The position numbers and the translations under genes are program-made. This document shows, in pieces, positions 12,636 to 27,925 of a DNA stretch of 64,000 nt. Position 1 is the stretch's first letter; the number at the start of each line of letters is the position of its first letter. Source of the DNA: Eledone cirrhosa. Taxonomy: Eukaryota. The notes beneath the pieces were generated by a model. That model was not told where the DNA came from. It searched no databases and saw only the letters and a list, made by a program, of their open reading frames with translations. Where the stretch lies: NCBI GenBank assembly GCA_964016885.1, contig OZ024744.1, positions 84,258,001 to 84,322,000 of the forward strand, given 5' to 3'.

Positions 12636-15234
12636 GATCGAGTATCGAAAAATCGGCGCACGAGTTAACGAAAAACGAAATCCGATATGAGCGGCAGAGG
12701 GCTCAATAATTCAGATGAATCAGAGCTATAACTATCGTTAAAATACCGTCACATATAGAACAAGTCTACAATCAACCATACGATTTAAAATCGATAAAGG
12801 AAGATTCGGGCCAAACAGATAAAAAATATCAAAAAAACAATACGTCAATAATTTAAATGAATGTAAAATCATACCCGGACCCACTAGAAAGGTGTTAAAT
12901 CTAGCTTCATGGGTTTCTGTAAATCCTTAGACAGTACTCTATCAGCTCACATATAAATATAAAAGCCTACTAGAATAAGTGGAATGGAGTTTACGTCGTC
13001 AACGAGTTTTATCCTGGCGGCAAAGGAGTCAACTAGCGGTGAAAAACGCACATGGCATTAGACAAGGGAGATGACCCCTATATCCGCGAAAATAATTCGA
13101 GTGAATGTGGAAATACACATATCGAATTAGAGTGCTCAATAGACATGTTAAAATAAAACAAAAGCTATTCATCACTCAATAGAATCGACAAAATATGAGC
13201 AATAAAATTAACTGGTGGATAGCTATGTCCAGAGCTAAATATATTAGAAAGATCGAGTATCGAAAAATCGGCGCACGAGTTAACGAAAAACGAAATCCGA
13301 TATGAGCGGCAGAGGGCTCAATAATTCAGATGAATCAGAGCTATAACTATCGTTAAAATACCGTCACATATAGAACAAGTCTACAATCAACCATACGATT
13401 TAAAATCGATAAAGGAAGATTCGGGCCAAACAGATAAAAAATATCAAAAAAACAATACGTCAATAATTTAAATGAATGTAAAATCATACCCGGACCCACT
13501 AGAAAGGTGTTAAATCTAGCTTCATGGGTTTCTGTAAATCCTTAGACAGTACTCTATCAGCTCACATATAAATATAAAAGCCTACTAGAATAAGTGGAAT
13601 GGAGTTTACGTCGTCAACGAGTTTTATCCTGGCGGCAAAGGAGTCAACTAGCGGTGAAAAACGCACATGGCATTAGACAAGGGAGATGACCCCTATATCC
13701 GCGAAAATAATTCGAGTGAATGTGGAAATACACATATCGAATTAGAGTGCTCAATAGACATGTTAAAATAAAACAAAAGCTATTCATCACTCAATAGAAT
13801 CGACAAAATATGAGCAATAAAATTAACTGGTGGATAGCTATGTCCAGAGCTAAATATATTAGAAAGATCGAGTATCGAAAAATCGGCGCACGAGTTAACG
13901 AAAAACGAAATCCGATATGAGCGGCAGAGGGCTCAATAATTCAGATGAATCAGAGCTATAACTATCGTTAAAATACCGTCACATATAGAACAAGTCTACA
14001 ATCAACCATACGATTTAAAATCGATAAAGGAAGATTCGGGCCAAACAGATAAAAAATATCAAAAAAACAATACGTCAATAATTTAAATGAATGTAAAATC
14101 ATACCCGGACCCACTAGAAAGGTGTTAAATCTAGCTTCATGGGTTTCTGTAAATCCTTAGACAGTACTCTATCAGCTCACATATAAATATAAAAGCCTAC
14201 TAGAATAAGTGGAATGGAGTTTACGTCGTCAACGAGTTTTATCCTGGCGGCAAAGGAGTCAACTAGCGGTGAAAAACGCACATGGCATTAGACAAGGGAG
14301 ATGACCCCTATATCCGCGAAAATAATTCGAGTGAATGTGGAAATACACATATCGAATTAGAGTGCTCAATAGACATGTTAAAATAAAACAAAAGCTATTC
14401 ATCACTCAATAGAATCGACAAAATATGAGCAATAAAATTAACTGGTGGATAGCTATGTCCAGAGCTAAATATATTAGAAAGATCGAGTATCGAAAAATCG
14501 GCGCACGAGTTAACGAAAAACGAAATCCGATATGAGCGGCAGAGGGCTCAATAATTCAGATGAATCAGAGCTATAACTATCGTTAAAATACCGTCACATA
14601 TAGAACAAGTCTACAATCAACCATACGATTTAAAATCGATAAAGGAAGATTCGGGCCAAACAGATAAAAAATATCAAAAAAACAATACGTCAATAATTTA
14701 AATGAATGTAAAATCATACCCGGACCCACTAGAAAGGTGTTAAATCTAGCTTCATGGGTTTCTGTAAATCCTTAGACAGTACTCTATCAGCTCACATATA
14801 AATATAAAAGCCTACTAGAATAAGTGGAATGGAGTTTACGTCGTCAACGAGTTTTATCCTGGCGGCAAAGGAGTCAACTAGCGGTGAAAAACGCACATGG
14901 CATTAGACAAGGGAGATGACCCCTATATCCGCGAAAATAATTCGAGTGAATGTGGAAATACACATATCGAATTAGAGTGCTCAATAGACATGTTAAAATA
15001 AAACAAAAGCTATTCATCACTCAATAGAATCGACAAAATATGAGCAATAAAATTAACTGGTGGATAGCTATGTCCAGAGCTAAATATATTAGAAAGATCG
15101 AGTATCGAAAAATCGGCGCACGAGTTAACGAAAAACGAAATCCGATATGAGCGGCAGAGGGCTCAATAATTCAGATGAATCAGAGCTATAACTATCGTTA
15201 AAATACCGTCACATATAGAACAAGTCTACAATCA
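12625..15234 (-). repeat. 615-bp tandem array (~4.2 copies), one U3-variant HHR per unit
   Basis: AGAAAGATCG at 12631, 13246, 13861, 14476 and 15091. Units look identical by eye. Minus-strand HHRs at 12873-13007, 13488-13622, 14103-14237 and 14718-14852. Confidence 0.93.
12873..13007 (-). ncRNA. Type I hammerhead, U3 variant (first of four copies)
   Basis: ACTCG-TTGACGA-cGTAAAcTCC...GGATTTACa-GAAA-CCCA..CTAGA..TCTAG.TGGG-TC-CGGGT. Confidence 0.78.
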
Positions 15235-15238
15235 AAAA

Positions 15239-15506
15239 GTGATTGTATGGGTTAGTATTCAGTTGTGGTTTTAAGTTTTTAAGTTTTTACCGGTTGCGCA
15301 TTTCTAAATGCTTTTCGAAAATAATTTTGAGATAGAGTGTCCGTGCTGTTTGCTCTGATCAGAGTGTCCGTGCTGTTTGCCCAGATCAGAGCAAACAGCA
15401 CGGACACTCGATCTCAAAATTATTTTTGAAAAGCATTTAGAAATGCGCAACCGGTAAAAACTTAAAAACTTAAAACCACAACTGAATACTAACCTATACA
15501 ATCACT
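15239..15506. repeat. Fold-back inverted repeat (~120-bp arms)
   Basis: 15239-15360 is the reverse complement of 15384-15506. The spacer duplicates the arm end. A related single copy lies at ~29718-29910. Confidence 0.85.
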
Positions 15507-15715
15507 AATACTCTTTTATTCCTAATTAAACCATTTTTCAACTGTGAACAATTTGTCAGCATTTTCTATTCCGTTTACCAATATATAATAACTTGTGTGT
15601 TACACCTCTATTCTTTTAACTATGTATATATATATATATACATATATACATATATATACATATATATACATATATATGTATATATATATATACATATATA
15701 CATATATATATATAC

Positions 15716-16606
<891 letters not shown>

Positions 16607-16610
16607 TATT

Positions 16611-16707
<97 letters not shown>

Positions 16708-16708
16708 C

Positions 16709-16740
<32 letters not shown>

Positions 16741-16770
16741 ATATATATACTATAAATTATGTCCATAGAA

Positions 16771-17693
16771 TCATTTGATAATATATATACCACCATTTCC
16801 TCTCCCAATTAGCATAATTAACCACACAAAAAATCAATTAGACCAGTCTATAAGGTTAAAAGGCACCTATGAAGAAATGGTAGATAAATAATCTACAACA
16901 ATCTCTTCGCGACCAACCGCCATAGAATATTTACCCAACATTTCAACAGCACGTGGAAATCGATTAAATATACCGTCAACCATACACAATTAGGTATAAA
17001 ATTAAAGTTAGAAGAAAAAATGCATATACACATACCAGGATAACGTTTCTACCCTTAGGGTTTCGTTCGCTTTCGGAAATATCCTATCAAGGATAAAATC
17101 TCGAACTTCGAACTCGTCAGGAAACAAACTCATTTGGTCAAAGGATTTTCCTAAGTGATATCCGCCAGAAACGAATTCAAAATGGCTAAGAACTGTGACG
17201 TGGCAGTGGTCAAGTCAGAAAGAATGTGATTGGTTGCTTACGGCGAGTGGGCTGGTTGCTAGAAAGAGCAGCCCAATATTGCCCAAATTGCATCTCAACC
17301 TTATGGGAAATTATTAAATATAAATATTTACATATACACAAACTATACAAAGTCACAGATATATATGTTTTGGCAACCATTCACGATGTGGCTCAATGAT
17401 GAATTAATAAATTAAATAATCAGAGAAATATACTCATTTGATAATATATATACACCATTTCCTCTCCCAATTAGCATAATTAACCACACAAAAAATCAAT
17501 TAGACCAGTCTATAAGATTAAAAGGCATCTATGAAGAAATAGTAGATAAATAAACTACAGCAATCTATTCGCGACCAACCGCCATAGAAAATACCAACAT
17601 TTCAACAGCACGTGGAAATCGATTAAATATACCGTCAACCATAGACAATTAGGTATAAAATTAAAGTTAGAAGAAAAAAATACATATACACAT
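16771..17693 (-). repeat. 663-bp HHR-containing tandem unit (1.4 copies)
   Basis: 16771-17033 is repeated at 17434-17693. Confidence 0.85.
17045..17125 (-). ncRNA. Type I hammerhead ribozyme, canonical core
   Basis: GTTTC-CTGACGA-GTTCG...CGAAC-GAAA-CCCtaaGGG-TA-GAAAC. All three stems pair and the stem II domain is 49 nt. Confidence 0.92.
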
Positions 17694-17754
17694 ATGTATA
17701 AATTTATAAATTTATACAGCTCCAACCGGGATATACACATATGTATATATATTC

Positions 17755-18053
17755 CCAATCTTTGCTCCCAGGCACTGGAGAAAGGAGTTTCCCCGAATCA
17801 CCAACAACTACAGGGGGATCTCACTGACGTCAGTTGTGCCAAATACCCTCAACAGGATGATTCTTAACAGGATCCAGCCTGAGAGGGAGAAGAAGCTCAG
17901 GGACAACCAGAAGGGCTTCAGAGAGGGAAGCTCAACAACCAGTTAAATCCTGATGCTGAGGGGGATATTACAGGTAGCTAGAGCAAAGTGCCTTCCTGCG
18001 GTTATAGTTTTCATTGACTTTAGAAAGGCCTTTGATTCTGTGGACCGTCTCAG

Positions 18054-18058
<5 letters not shown>
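17755..18058 (+). pseudogene. LINE reverse transcriptase fragment (RTE-like)
   Basis: NYRGISLTSV...NRMILNRI...NQKGFREGSST...[15 protein letters not shown], with an in-frame stop. Confidence 0.8.
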
Positions 18059-19830
<1,772 letters not shown>

Positions 19831-19833
19831 GTG

Positions 19834-19864
<31 letters not shown>

Positions 19865-19873
19865 GTATATATA

Positions 19874-22800
19874 TAACTTTGATAACTTTTATAGGTTTCG
19901 GCCAGTATAGGCCTAGACCATGTCTAACTTAATAGCACCACCTGGTGAAGTCTTACAAATCAGGGTTTGGGCACCATGGCCCGCTCGAGCATAGAGTTAT
20001 TGTTTAGGGAGGCATATCCGGGTGTAGGAGGCTTATCCGGGATTTCTTGAAGGAATTTGTCCAAAGACGTCTTGAACTTGATAGGGTCTGTCTCTGCTTT
20101 GATGTGTTTTGGTGTAATGTTAAAGAGAGCAGGGCCAATTCAGGTGAAATAATTGTGCCGTATTGTTGTTATGAGATGCGAGTGAGATTTTTGTCCTTGG
20201 TGGATAGCACGGTGCCCAAGCTTGGGTTACATTAAAGGTGATGCCAATATCATTTGGGCAAAGCTGAGTGAATATATTTCACATCATGCAGATAATTTAG
20301 CGACATTGAAGAGAATAAAGGTTGAGCTTTTCTGTTTATACTTTTCTGTCAACTTTTCTGTCAACTTTTCTGTTTATATGAGTGGCCCAGCTTATGTTGT
20401 TGTCCACAATTACTCCCAGATCTCTGATGTTATTGGATGCCACTAGAGTTTCACCCGAAGGAAGAGTGTATGGTAGTTTCAGGGCATCCTTTTCTCCATA
20501 GTGGATTAATTCAAACTTATCCTCATTCAACAGCATATTATTCTGTTCTGCCCATTGGATAACAGCCAGTAGGTCTGACTGAAGGCAAGTCCGGTCACCC
20601 ACCTCATTGATGACCCTTTGGAGCTTGGAATCATCTGCGAAGATTCTTATGTTGCTTTGCTTGATGATGTCCGTAATGTCATTAATGTAGATTATGAAAA
20701 GAAGTGGGCCCAAACATTGCCTTGTGGGACGCCACTGCTGATTTTGACAGGGCTTGATATTACTCCTTCGACTACAACATGTTTGGTTCTGTCAGGAAAT
20801 ATTTGATCCACTGTAGTAATACACCAATATTGGATATTTTCTTATGATCAACCCTGTCAAAGGCCTTGCTGAAATCAAGGTAGATGACATCAGTGTTGGA
20901 GCCCTCTCCTAAGGCTCTCAAAACATCGTCAAAGTGATGCAGGAGCTACGTTAAGCAGTCCCTTCCATTACGGAACCCATGTTGGTTGGAGTTCAGCAGG
21001 CCGTTGCTTTCAAGAAAGTGGGCTATTCGGGATCTCACCACCCTCTCAAATACCTTGATAATATGAGAGGTGAGTGCGATCGGACGTTAGTTCAATACAA
21101 GACACTTATTTCCCTTTTTTGAAGACTGGGACAACGGACTAAGACAGAAAGTTTTCAGGAATATAGCCAGTGTCCTGTGAGTTCCTTAACAGATTAGCAA
21201 AAGGAGATGCAAGTTGGTGTCAACACGCTTCCAGGACACAAGCAGGGAACCAGTCGGGGCCTACTGCTGAATTGTGTTTAATTTCGTTTATTGCCGCTAA
21301 GACATCAGGGGCGCCAAACGTTATGTCTGATATGGTGTGTTGGGGGTTAATATCACTGATACGGCCCAGATCGGCCATATCAGGATTGCTGAAAACAGAG
21401 CAGTATTGTTTCTGCAGTATCTCGCCCATGGTTTTGGAATTGTCTTGGAGTGTGCCATTTTCATCAACTAGGGGGCCAATAGTGGAGACGGTGACCTTGT
21501 GTTTTTTAGCAAATGAAAAGAACACTTTGGGGTTGAGTTTAATGTTCTCAATGGCCTACCTCTCTTCAGATACTCTCTGGTTATTGATGATGGTCATCCA
21601 GCATTGTTGGAGGTTATATTTGTTTGACTCAAGCAGGGCGATAGCCATTGATTGTGTGTGTTGCTGTTGGCAGTACTTTAGTGTCTTAATTTTTTTGTTT
21701 TTATTTTTATTTTTCTGATAATTGTTTTTCTGTTTTGGGGGATACTGCACTTGGTTTTGTTCACAGGTTTTGGTGGGGTGTGTTTTTTACATATATTTCT
21801 GACAGTGTCTACAAAGATGTGCCAAGATGTTTTGATGTTGGTGGAAATGTGTGCGTGTGTAAAATACCAGTCGACATGTGATAGTTCGTTCATAATTGCA
21901 TCCCAGTTGGCATTGTAGAGATCCATGTTATCAAATGGGTGGGCTGGAGAGAGGACCCTGGGATTAGCTTTCGGCTGGTGGAATCTCAGGTTACAAAGAA
22001 CCATGTCATGGTCTGAGAGAAGGGTTTTTTTCCACTGTAATTATGGATAGTCTTAGTGTGGTTACTAAACACTAGATCCAGAATGTTCTTCTGATGCCTC
22101 GTTGGTGCAAGGACAAGTTGGGACAAGAAAAACTCATTCATGAAGTCAAGATGTGACTCGACAACTTCTTTGTCAGTGGTTGAGGTTGGGGTGCCTGGCT
22201 TCAAACTACATGTAGACCAATCGACACAGGGTAGATTAGAATCTCCCATCAAAAGTATGTTGCTAGAATGGCACTGTTTAATAAAGCATTTAATACTGCT
22301 GAGGCATTCTTTGAAGTAGATTATGGGTGTTTGTGGTGGCCTATAGAGCCCAACTAATGTCAGGTCATTGGCTTTATGGTGCACAGTGACTGATTCACAG
22401 TAGCCATTGGAGAATGTTGTGTTACCATCTACCGTAAAGGAATCATGCAGGAAAACGGCAGTTCTACCCTTCCTTCTGCCAACTCGATCCGCACGGATAG
22501 TTGTGAAATTCCTCACTCTTACTTCGGCCTCCAAGTGGGAGTTGTCAAGGTGCGTCTCAGTAAAAATGAAGGAGGGGATGTGAAATGGATGGTTACCAAC
22601 CCAATCCTCAATCAATTAGATCTTCCATTTCTGTGCATTTCTGTGTATTGAGTAAAAATGTCGAGGCTAGTGTGGTGGCTGGTTTTGACTGTTGCAGGGG
22701 GCTTGTTTTCAGAATGTGCGTTAAAGACAATAAGGATGGTGTTGGGTGATGGCTATAATGCTTTTCTATATCTCTTTTGCCAGGTTCATGGCTAAAAAAG

Positions 22801-24020
22801 AAAAATGTTCTTGTTCGGGGAGCAGTTTTTGATTGGATTTGTGGTTACACCATTGGATAGGGCTGCAGTTCCCTCTTTTGTTGTTGTTGTATTTGTTGTA
22901 ATTGTGTCTTTGCGAAAAGACTGGAGCAGCGTTACTTTTGTTGCTGTCATATTTGTTGTTGTTGTTGTAATCGTGTCTTTGTGGAAAGACTGGAGAAGCA
23001 TTAATTTTGTTGTTGTTGCTGTATTTGTTGTTGTTGTAATCGTGTCTTTGAAAAGACTGGAACAGCATTAATTTTGTTGTTTTTGTTGTTGTGAGGAGAC
23101 TGAAGCAGCATTACTGCAGCAGAGGGTGGCTTTATTGTGGTTTGTGTGTTGGCATGGAGCCCCTTTTCTGTTCGTGCGTTGTGTACCAGGAAGATGAGTT
23201 AAGGGACAGTCAGTCAGCAGACATAGCCTCTCACGTTGGAAATGTTGGCAGATTTGGGGACTTATGCGTGCGGGCAGCGTGCTTTGGTGTTGGCTGGCAG
23301 CGTTAGTGCACCTAGTATCCGGTAAATGGGTAAATATGCAGTCGCTACGTGTGCATAGCCTCTGACGTAGTGAGAAGCGGCATACTTTGGGATTTCTAGT
23401 ATGTGTAGTGTGAGGGGGGTGCATAAAGCTCCATAGATTTTTTTAAAAGTTCTTTTGACTATGGCATGGCTGTGGTGGTGATGTGGGGGAAGAAAGCAGG
23501 GGTGGTGACGATGATGATGATGATGACAACTGTGGTGAAGGCTGTGAGAGTGGTGCGAGAGAAAGCAGTGGTCCATTACTAGCAGTTGATGTGGCAGAAG
23601 ATGATGACGGTGTTGATGGTGATGGCGATAATGATGGCTGAGTGGGTGGTTGGGGGATACTGTCATTCAGTAACTCAGCTATTATGCCTGTATTCAGTAG
23701 TGGTGGAGGTGGTGGTGGTGGCTCCTGATTTTCTGGCTGTTGTGGTTGTTGTTGCTGTTGTTGTGTTTGTCCATTGGAGTAAATATGTCGAAATTTTTCA
23801 AAATGGTTTTGAATTAGTTTGAAAGAGACTTCTACATGTTTTAGTTTGTTGTGTATCTGCTTAGTAGACCTCGTGGTAAATGTTTGAGCTGTTTTTTCAG
23901 CAATTTCATTCAGACATGACGCGTTAATGTTTATTGTTTGGGACAGAGAAAACCATGTGTTTATTAAGAGGTCAATTCTATTATCAGACCAATTTCGTCC
24001 GTTGTGGGCTAGCTAGTCAG
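19874..24020 (-). mobile_element. Near full-length decayed CR1-group LINE (ORF1 with two CCCH fingers, APE, RT)
   Basis: ORF1 CRFSLRQRLCTRSDCIFTH and CQHFQRERLCLLTDCPLTH; APE TETHL, GLYRPP, LMGDSN, LDLVFSN; [30 protein letters not shown]. Tandem 3' tail, many frameshifts. The 5' boundary is approximate. Confidence 0.88.
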
Positions 24021-24237
24021 TAGTCACTTTTTTTTTTTTTCCTTGTGTGCGTTTTTAGATATTTGATATTTGATACGTAAGTGAGACTTTGGTTATTTGG
24101 AGAAATTAAAGAATCGTGTGTATATATATATAATGCAATGAAATAGCAATGACCGTTGGCAAATCACTGATGAGGGACTCATTTTATAACATGTTATCCA
24201 TGTGCAACCATGCAGTATTCTTCTCCCCATATTTTTC

Positions 24238-24278
<41 letters not shown>

Positions 24279-24299
24279 GTATGTATATATATATATATA

Positions 24300-24560
24300 T
24301 TTCGTTTCTGAATTTGTTTAGCAAGATTCTTTATCTGAAAACGTGTGTTAAAACCGATATTGTTATACTTTGGGAGGGTCATGTTGCCAATGAGAAACAC
24401 ACGCACCAGTTGTTTTAACTTCAATTTATTATAAATTAAATTTATAAATTTAGGAATTTATAAATTTCCGGTTGGTTGGTTGGCTGGTTCCACAACCAGA
24501 CGATTGTTCATATATTGTCAAAGTTCTTTCGTTACACATTCTGTGACCTCTTCAGTGACT
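24300..24560 (-). mobile_element. PLE-like 5' remnant: HHR followed by LPKY-type N-terminal peptide
   Basis: HHR GTCA-CTGAAGA-stemII-GAAA-GAAC-TT-TGAC at 24517-24559, then TLPKYNNI. The same arrangement occurs at 11805-12040. Confidence 0.55.
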
Positions 24561-24753
24561 GGCGATTATTTTCTTTGTTTTTGTGCCTCTCCTTTGTTCT
24601 GTCCTACGCCATATTGTTTTTGTGTGTATTCTTATATATATATATATATATATAAGCAGAAAGGATATTTAGATATTTAATTTGCTGGAAATTCAACAAA
24701 TATAAATGTTTATAACTGATTCAGAGCACTCGACAGTTTCTGGAGTAAATTTT

Positions 24754-25101
24754 CAATGATATTAAATAAATGGAAACTATATTTATAAAACCATATTTAT
24801 TCTATTATATATATTTCAAGGGTACCAAAAACTTTGGTACGCTTTCATCAGATGAAATACAAAGTGTGTTTTATAAATTTTGACATAGCCAAGGAACATA
24901 ACTTATCAGTTGAATATTCATTGGGTAGTGATTCAGAAAATTCAACTGATAAGGCATGTTCCTTGGCTATGTCAAAATTTATAAAACACACTTTGTATTT
25001 TATCTGATGAAAGCGTACCAAAGTTTTTGGTACCCTTAAAATATATATAATAGAATAAATATGGTTTTATAAACATAGTTTCCATTTATTTAATATCATT
25101 G
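24754..25101. repeat. Fold-back element with an HHR in each arm
   Basis: Arms 24754-24915 and 24940-25101. HHR (-) at 24798-24859 has an intact core; HHR (+) at 24996-25057 has GAAA>AAAA. Confidence 0.87.
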
Positions 25102-25151
25102 TATGTATATATATACATATATATATATATACATTCAATGATATTAAATAA

Positions 25152-25230
<79 letters not shown>

Positions 25231-25233
<3 letters not shown>

Positions 25234-25578
25234 GATATTAAATAAATGGAAACTATATTTATAAAACCATATTTATTTCATTATATATATGTCAGGGATA
25301 TCATATTAAAAATATGGTATGCCTTCATCAGACAAAATACAATATAAACAGTCTTATAAATAGATAGATTTGACATACCTTACAACTTCAACTTCCATTT
25401 AAAAAGTTGATTTGAAGTTGAAGTTGTAAGGTATGTCAAATCTATCTATTTATAAGACTGTTTATATTGTATTTTGTCTGATGAAGGCATACCATATTTT
25501 TAATATGATATCCCTGAAATATATATAATGAAATAAATATGGTTTTATAAATATAGTTTCCATTTATTTAATATCGTA
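25231..25578. repeat. Fold-back element with an HHR in each arm
   Basis: Arms ~25231-25396 and ~25412-25578. HHR (+) at 25470-25535 reads TATTTTGT-CTGATGA-stemII-GAAA-TATATA-TA-ATGAAATA; HHR (-) at 25274-25339 has GAAA>GACA. Confidence 0.87.
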
Positions 25579-25680
25579 AATATACTCCAAATACTTGTTG
25601 AGTGCTTTTATATCAGTTATAAATATTTACTCGTTGTAACCCAACAATTTAAATAAAACTTTGCATATATATATATATAT

Positions 25681-25996
25681 TAATTCAAAATATTAATAAA
25701 TATAGACATTCAACGTAAAGTCTTGGCAGTGCTTGCCAAGACTGGAATTGAAACATCAGCACAGTTGAGGTATGTCATACATCAATTTATATATTTTATA
25801 TGATGAGGACGTACTGAAAAAACACCACAGTACCTCCGAAATATATATAATGAAATATATTTTGATTACGTTGAATGTCTATATTTATTAATATTTTGAA
25901 TTAATATTAATAACTCCAGAAAACTTTTGTGTTGAGTGCTTCTAATCTATTGTAAAACTATATTCATTGATTAATCAATGAACCTTGTTTAACTTT

Positions 25997-25998
<2 letters not shown>
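25681..25998 (+). repeat. HHR element with 38-bp inverted duplication
   Basis: 25681-25718 is inverted at 25866-25903. HHR at 25789-25860 has an 11-bp stem I, stem II GGAcGTACTG/CAGTACcTCC and core ATGATGA (C3A). Confidence 0.78.
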
Positions 25999-26043
<45 letters not shown>

Positions 26044-26420
26044 TCTCTTATAGATGTGAGTTTGGTTGTTTGAGGATGTTAATAGATTTTGGTTATTGGT
26101 TGTTTGAAGATATCCAAGGAATGTATATAATAATTTGTAGTTAAGAAAACTTACTTGCGAGTTTGTAGGGGAAGCACGTGTATTTGTATATACTTTTTTC
26201 CTTATGTGAGAGAGCCTTTGGTTATTTGAAAATATTAAGAGAAAAACGAGTGTATATAATAATCTGTAGTTAAGAAAACGTACTTACGAGTTGGTAGGAA
26301 AAGCACGTGTTTACAAATATATATAAATATATATGTTCGGTCAGATAGGCTTTAAAGCTGTGTAGCTTGCTACTGACTTGGTAGAGAACAATAGAAACAC
26401 GTAGGTTCACTTCAACGGTC

Positions 26421-26456
<36 letters not shown>

Positions 26457-26553
26457 TTTATATTCTATTATAATATACGGCTCGGAAATATCTCTTTCTT
26501 AGGGCTATTTTGTTGTAAGAGACTATTTTGAGCTCCTAACTCAATATATATCT

Positions 26554-27465
26554 TTGGTATAATTTCACCCAACTTGTAGAAATCTTATAATGAAACGAGT
26601 CGCCTGGGAATTGATATATTTGATATATCGCATATGAAATGATACAGCCAATGTTTTACACAATACAATTAGTTAGCACCCCGAACGTGTAATTAGTAAT
26701 ATACTCAGGTATTTCCTAATGTGTGTTGAGTGAGTTGGAATTTGGCCGGAGTATCGCTATTAGCTTCCTCCGTTTATGTGTTTACATATTTACTCTTGGA
26801 GCAACAGATATGAACTTTCTCGATATAAGGTATGGCTCTCTTTGTTTATTTTTTATATGAATACTGATTGTTTGTTCTTGGATCTCATTCTGTTATTTTG
26901 CCCGAGAAAATATCTATATTTGTCATTAAGCGATGCGCACATATGGTTAATTTTTCATATCCGATTGAGTTCTTAGCACGTGGCTTGAATTCTTTTCAGA
27001 GTTCAACGACCTGCGCATGTATTGTTTTTGGCGGTAGTCTCCTTCCTCCTATTTTCGGGACAGTGTGAGATTTTCTTTAGAACTGCTGGACTAACAGCTC
27101 CCTCAAGCACTGATGGTGATTATCGCTAAATATTGATGTTGATTTGGTTATCAATATTAATATTATTGGGCACCCACTGAAGAATTATAAGAGCCCACTT
27201 GAATCAGTATCTGTTGATCTTATACAAGCTTCTACATAACTTGGTATAATTTCGCCCAACTTGTAGAAATCTTATAATGAAACGAGTCGTCTGGGAATTG
27301 ATATATTTGATATATCTCATATGAAATGATACAGCCAATTTTCCACACAATACAATTAGTTAGCACCCCGAACGTTTAATTAGGAATATACTCAGGTATT
27401 TCCTAATGTTTGATGAGTGAGTTGGAATTTGGCCGGAGTATCGCTATTAGCTTTCTCCGATTATG

Positions 27466-27467
<2 letters not shown>
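26554..27467 (+). repeat. 687-bp HHR-containing tandem unit (1.3 copies)
   Basis: 26554-26780 is repeated at 27241-27467. Ends in (TA)n. Confidence 0.85.
27173..27295 (+). ncRNA. Type I hammerhead, canonical core, 95-nt stem II domain
   Basis: CCCA-CTGAAGA-ATTATAAGA...TCTTATAAT-GAAA-CGAGTCG-TC-TGGG. Confidence 0.9.
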
Positions 27468-27539
<72 letters not shown>

Positions 27540-27543
27540 CATT

Positions 27544-27690
<147 letters not shown>

Positions 27691-27889
27691 ATAATAATAA
27701 ATTTGAAGACTAAAATCCAATGAGGGCTCGATAAGGATAAATATATATCAAATATATAAGAACCGTAGCAGCGATTCTTTGCTTAAAGTTTAATCTGTTA
27801 TTTTAATTAATATATATATGAAAAAGTATGACCCCAACGGCAGCGCGTTAGCCGTTTCGACGGCTATTTCTGGACATATATATATCTAA

Positions 27890-27925
<36 letters not shown>

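Noticed and set aside
12936-12946. CTGATAGA in the 615/612-bp units as the HHR core
   Set aside because: No stem I or II pairing. It lies inside the stem II domain of the better-supported UUGANGA fold.
19890-19925. GGCC-hairpin + GAAAC at the LINE 3' end (also ~33005) as a ribozyme
   Set aside because: No CUGANGA. It fits an ordinary LINE 3' stem-loop.
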